Assembly: GCA_035390665.1 (NCBI GenBank)
Contig: DAOOUC010000010.1
Span: 1-19,482, forward strand
Length of the DNA: 19,482 nt
Reading direction: 5' to 3'
Source of the DNA: an archaeon
GTDB taxonomy: Archaea > Iainarchaeota > Iainarchaeia > Iainarchaeales > CSSED10-239
Below are positions 16,714 through 19,482 of this stretch, piece by piece; within the stretch, counting starts at the first letter, position 1, and each line of letters begins with the position of its first letter. The position numbers were made by a program, and so were the translations under genes. The notes beneath the pieces were generated by a model, which saw nothing but the letters and a program-made list of their open reading frames with translations, had not been told where the DNA came from and did not search any database.

Positions 16714-17010
16714 CTATTTTTCAGGGTAATATGTTTTTGTTGTAACAGATGTGCCAGTAGTTGTAGTTTCACATAAACATACGGGTTTGCAGCCTTCTGA
16801 ATCGTCACCATTACAACAACAATTCCAATAATGTACATGAGAAGCATCATCATATAAATCTGCATTTCCTGGGTTAGACCCTATTAAATTGGAACTCTCG
16901 ATCTTTTTTGCATTCCCGGTAGTTACATTTGTTATTATCATTCCTATTATTACACCAATCACTAAAGCAACTACTGCCCAAATGATCAACTTTGTTTTAT
17001 CATTTTTCAT
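16714..17010 (-). CDS. Small membrane-anchored cysteine-rich protein
   Basis: N-terminal TM KLIIWAVVALVIGVIIGMIITNVTT; exported tail with HYWNCCCNGDDSEGCKPVCLC; TATA-like element near 17111-17118 on minus strand. Confidence 0.6.
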   Translation of the reverse strand: MKNDKTKLIIWAVVALVIGVIIGMIITNVTTGNAKKIESSNLIGSNPGNADLYDDASHVHYWNCCCNGDDSEGCKPVCLCETTTTGTSVTTKTYYPEK

Positions 17011-17162
17011 TTTTTCATCTCCGTTTTTTATGTTTTTTTATGTTTTAAATTTTAACTTTATAAAGTTATTAATAAAATTAATAACCCTATTTGTATTAAA
17101 GAAGGAAAAGTATATAAAAGCTTCATTTTTTGGTTTTTTGGGCGTCCAAGTTTCTGTGTATT

Positions 17163-17741
17163 TTACTTCGCATTATTTTTCTTTGTTTGATATTTTATCT
17201 GTTGCTTTCTTGCCTTCTCACAGAGTCTTGTTATTTTTTTGTCTGTAAAGGGGTTGATGGCTTTTATGCCTGGAATCTTGTTGAAATCTTTTGTGTTTTC
17301 TGTGAAAATAAGATGAATATTGTTATTAAGCATTGTTTGTGCTAGAAGAGCATCAAAAAAATGCACGCCTGTTGAATAGGACAGATCTACTGCTTGCATA
17401 ATTGTATCAGAATTATATGACAAAACACAAAATAAATTAGAAATATTTTTTAAGCGATTATTTAATTCTGCAGGATTATCAAAACATTTAATTTTATTTT
17501 TAGTGACATTCACAAATTCTACAAGATTTTGTATGCTTATACATCCATATTTTAGATTATCTTCTGAAAGCAAATTAAAATAATTCCGTATCTTTTCTGA
17601 TTTATCTTCGGGATTTACGTTTGTATAAACAGTTACAAATATATTTGTGTCTATTAGATAAGGCTCTTTAGGGCTAGAATCTAATTTATCTAAATTTAAA
17701 TATAAGTTCTCAGCAATCATAATCTCACCGTTATCTCTCAT
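17163..17741 (-). CDS. PIN-domain protein, VapC-like toxin
   Basis: PYLIDTNIFVTVY, NLVEFVNV, GVHFFDALLAQTML, IFTENTKDFNKIPGI match PIN acidic motifs; start overlaps the upstream antitoxin-like ORF. Confidence 0.75.
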   Translation of the reverse strand: MRDNGEIMIAENLYLNLDKLDSSPKEPYLIDTNIFVTVYTNVNPEDKSEKIRNYFNLLSEDNLKYGCISIQNLVEFVNVTKNKIKCFDNPAELNNRLKNISNLFCVLSYNSDTIMQAVDLSYSTGVHFFDALLAQTMLNNNIHLIFTENTKDFNKIPGIKAINPFTDKKITRLCEKARKQQIKYQTKKNNAK

Positions 17742-17970
17742 AAATTTCCGCTCTTGTTTTAGGCATCTTACCGCCTTTTCTAACCTTTAAAGGATTGGCC
17801 ATCAGATATTTTAAATGCTTAATCGCGTCTAATCTTTTATTTTCTTTTTCAGTTATAGTTTCAACAATTGTTTTACTTATTGCATCTTTTTTATTTCCAT
17901 ATTTGGCTTTAGCCATCTCTCGTAAAAGCTTTTCAGACTTATCATCCATTGATATTGTTATTACTCCCAT
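17731..17970 (-). CDS. Ribbon-helix-helix VapB-like antitoxin
   Basis: MGVITISMDDKSEKLLREMAKAKYGNKKDAISKTIVETITEKE; overlaps the PIN gene. Track ORF opens at 18018, but ATG 17970 is the likelier start. Confidence 0.7.
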   Translation of the reverse strand: MGVITISMDDKSEKLLREMAKAKYGNKKDAISKTIVETITEKENKRLDAIKHLKYLMANPLKVRKGGKMPKTRAEIYER

Positions 17971-18053
17971 TTTCTCACCATTCTTTTTCCGTTTAATATA
18001 AATTAAAAGGAAGAACAAAATGTTTTTAAAGGGGGTAGTTTTACTTAATTATA

Positions 18054-18079
18054 TATTTAAATAATTAATTATTTAAATA
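18054..18079. repeat. 26-bp perfect palindrome
   Basis: TATTTAAATAATTAATTATTTAAATA equals its own reverse complement; upstream of the VapBC-like pair. Confidence 0.5.
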
Positions 18080-18190
18080 ATGGATTATTTAATTAATAAT
18101 AACTGCAAAAAAAATAAATGTAGAATGCGTCCAAGAAATAATGAGTGGTCTGATAGTTAATCTTTAAAAAAAATAAATGCAAAAATTAGA

Positions 18191-19482
18191 CTATCCTAAG
18201 TCCGCAATTAATCTAGCAGGAGGGGGATTGCCATAATCAGTAGAGGACCAATTTGCTCGTCCATTTGTTGTTGAAATCAAATTACCACTACAATCTATAT
18301 TTTGAGTATTTACTCTAGTTACTCTTGTAAAATATAATGGATATCTAAATGCGGTGTTAGAACTATTTGATAACTTTCCATTAAAACAATCATACATTAC
18401 TTTTCTTCCAACAGAAGATGCATGAATAAACTTATAACAATTAGGTTCGGTACCAACATAAATTCCTGCATGCCCAAATAATCCTGCTTTTGTAGTTAAA
18501 AATAATAAATCTCCGGGCCTTAAATATCTTAATTCACTTTCATTTCTAATTACCCCTACTTGACCAGAAATGTGCCCTTTATTCTTTTCAATAAAATCTG
18601 CAATTCCCCATCCGTTCCTAAACAATTCAACACAACGCATAGAATCATCAATATACCCCATATCCCTAAAAGAAACATATAGTAGCCCTACACAATCTAT
18701 GCCTTCCTTTAAATTTCCAAAATTTCTTATATATGCTCTATTTCTCCCTGCAAAAACATATGGAGTATTTAAATATTTGGCTGCTGTTCTTGAAAAATCT
18801 ATACTTGTTAAATCAGAATTATTTTCATTAAGATAATCTAACGAAATACGTGTTGCTTCTGAGTTAAAGTTTAATATAAAAGTTATCGGTTTTACTAAAT
18901 TATTAAATTCTGGTTCAAAATCTATAGAAAAAGAATAATTATTATCTTCTACTATTGTCTGTTGCTTTGTATTTATTTTTACCTTTAACAGAATATTATA
19001 TCCATTTATTATTTTATTTTGTGTTAAATAATCAAAGCAATTTTCTCCTTCTCTATTTGTAACTGTATTTAAATAATCTACAATTCTTTCTTTTGTTCTA
19101 GGAATAAATATATTATCAATTACTAAATCTTTATCAAATTTAGAATCCAATAAATTATCCGGAGAAATTTCATCTTCTGCCTCTTTTAATGATTCATAAT
19201 ATCTTATTATTTCTGTATTACAAAAGTTTGGTTGTATTTGGTTATATTTGTTTGAAGAGTAAAAATAAACAGAATCAAAATTAACATTAATATCCATTAG
19301 TTCAGGAAATGGATTACTTATTATTGGAGTTAAAGATAAATCACCTATAACAATATCTGAATATAGATATTCTTTTTGAATTAGTTCTTTATTAGAATTA
19401 ATATCCATAAACAAAACAATTTCTTTATCATCTATACTTTTTAGATAATACGTAGAAATAATATAAGGAACAATATCGCTTT
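18191..19482 (-). CDS. NlpC/P60-family cell-wall hydrolase-like protein, C-terminal portion, truncated by right window edge
   Basis: AAKYLNTPYVFAGRNR...GIDCVGLLYVSFRDMG, LRPGDLLFLTTKAGLFGHAGIYVG, YKFIHASS (Cys/His pattern). Frame is open past 19414 to the edge, adding SDIVPYIISTYYLKSIDDKEIV before the track's TTG start. Confidence 0.72.
   Translation of the reverse strand, partial: SDIVPYIISTYYLKSIDDKEIVLFMDINSNKELIQKEYLYSDIVIGDLSLTPIISNPFPELMDINVNFDSVYFYSSNKYNQIQPNFCNTEIIRYYESLKEAEDEISPDNLLDSKFDKDLVIDNIFIPRTKERIVDYLNTVTNREGENCFDYLTQNKIINGYNILLKVKINTKQQTIVEDNNYSFSIDFEPEFNNLVKPITFILNFNSEATRISLDYLNENNSDLTSIDFSRTAAKYLNTPYVFAGRNRAYIRNFGNLKEGIDCVGLLYVSFRDMGYIDDSMRCVELFRNGWGIADFIEKNKGHISGQVGVIRNESELRYLRPGDLLFLTTKAGLFGHAGIYVGTEPNCYKFIHASSVGRKVMYDCFNGKLSNSSNTAFRYPLYFTRVTRVNTQNIDCSGNLISTTNGRANWSSTDYGNPPPARLIADLG

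Noticed and set aside
16889-17345. + strand ORFs 16889..17248 and 17130..17345
   Set aside because: Antisense to the Cys-rich membrane protein and PIN gene ends; Phe/Leu-rich shadow translations.
14600-18135. Bona fide integron array
   Set aside because: Only short TTGGAC-containing repeats seen; no integrase, no complete attC pairs (RYYYAAC partner missing) and mixed gene orientations. Retained only as separate low-certainty repeat findings.
17795-18836. + strand ORFs 17795..18001 and 18570..18836
   Set aside because: Antisense to the VapB-like and NlpC/P60-like genes, which have recognisable motifs.
1-19482. CRISPR array, tRNA or rRNA genes, transposase
   Set aside because: No regularly spaced repeats, no cloverleaf-like conserved tRNA boxes, no rRNA-like segments and no transposase/integrase motifs noticed by eye.

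Overview
AT-rich archaeal window, probably from a DPANN-type genome. That placement is inference, based on an archaeal-type AdoMet synthetase, an archaeal FlaJ/TadC-like T2SSF protein with a class III-signal-like pilin partner, TATA-like promoters and many very small proteins. Positions 1-14328 look like compact chromosomal coding DNA: a membrane/pilus-like operon, ferredoxin + endonuclease IV, a zinc ribbon protein, a CofE-like ligase, a GGDEF-like protein, an FAD dehydrogenase, a DHH phosphoesterase, a membrane-anchored winged-helix regulator, an MFS transporter, an MscS channel and a short AdoMet synthetase. Positions 14330-19482 look like an accessory region: a 55-aa RHH protein (absent from the ORF track) with a GNAT gene, two small exported 6-Cys proteins, a ~630-bp poorly coding hairpin-rich stretch ahead of an HNH nuclease, a VapBC-like pair and an edge-truncated NlpC/P60 protein. 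Best leads: (1) a GGDEF/cyclase-palm protein whose segments appear circularly permuted; (2) a divergent AdoMet synthetase / RHH promoter flanked by repeated TAGTAAC boxes, including a perfect 12+12 inverted repeat; (3) two Cys-rich exported miniproteins sharing a CxC...Cx3CxC pattern; (4) the structured region upstream of the HNH gene. Two ORFs run off the window edges. No CRISPR array, tRNA, rRNA or integrase was recognised.
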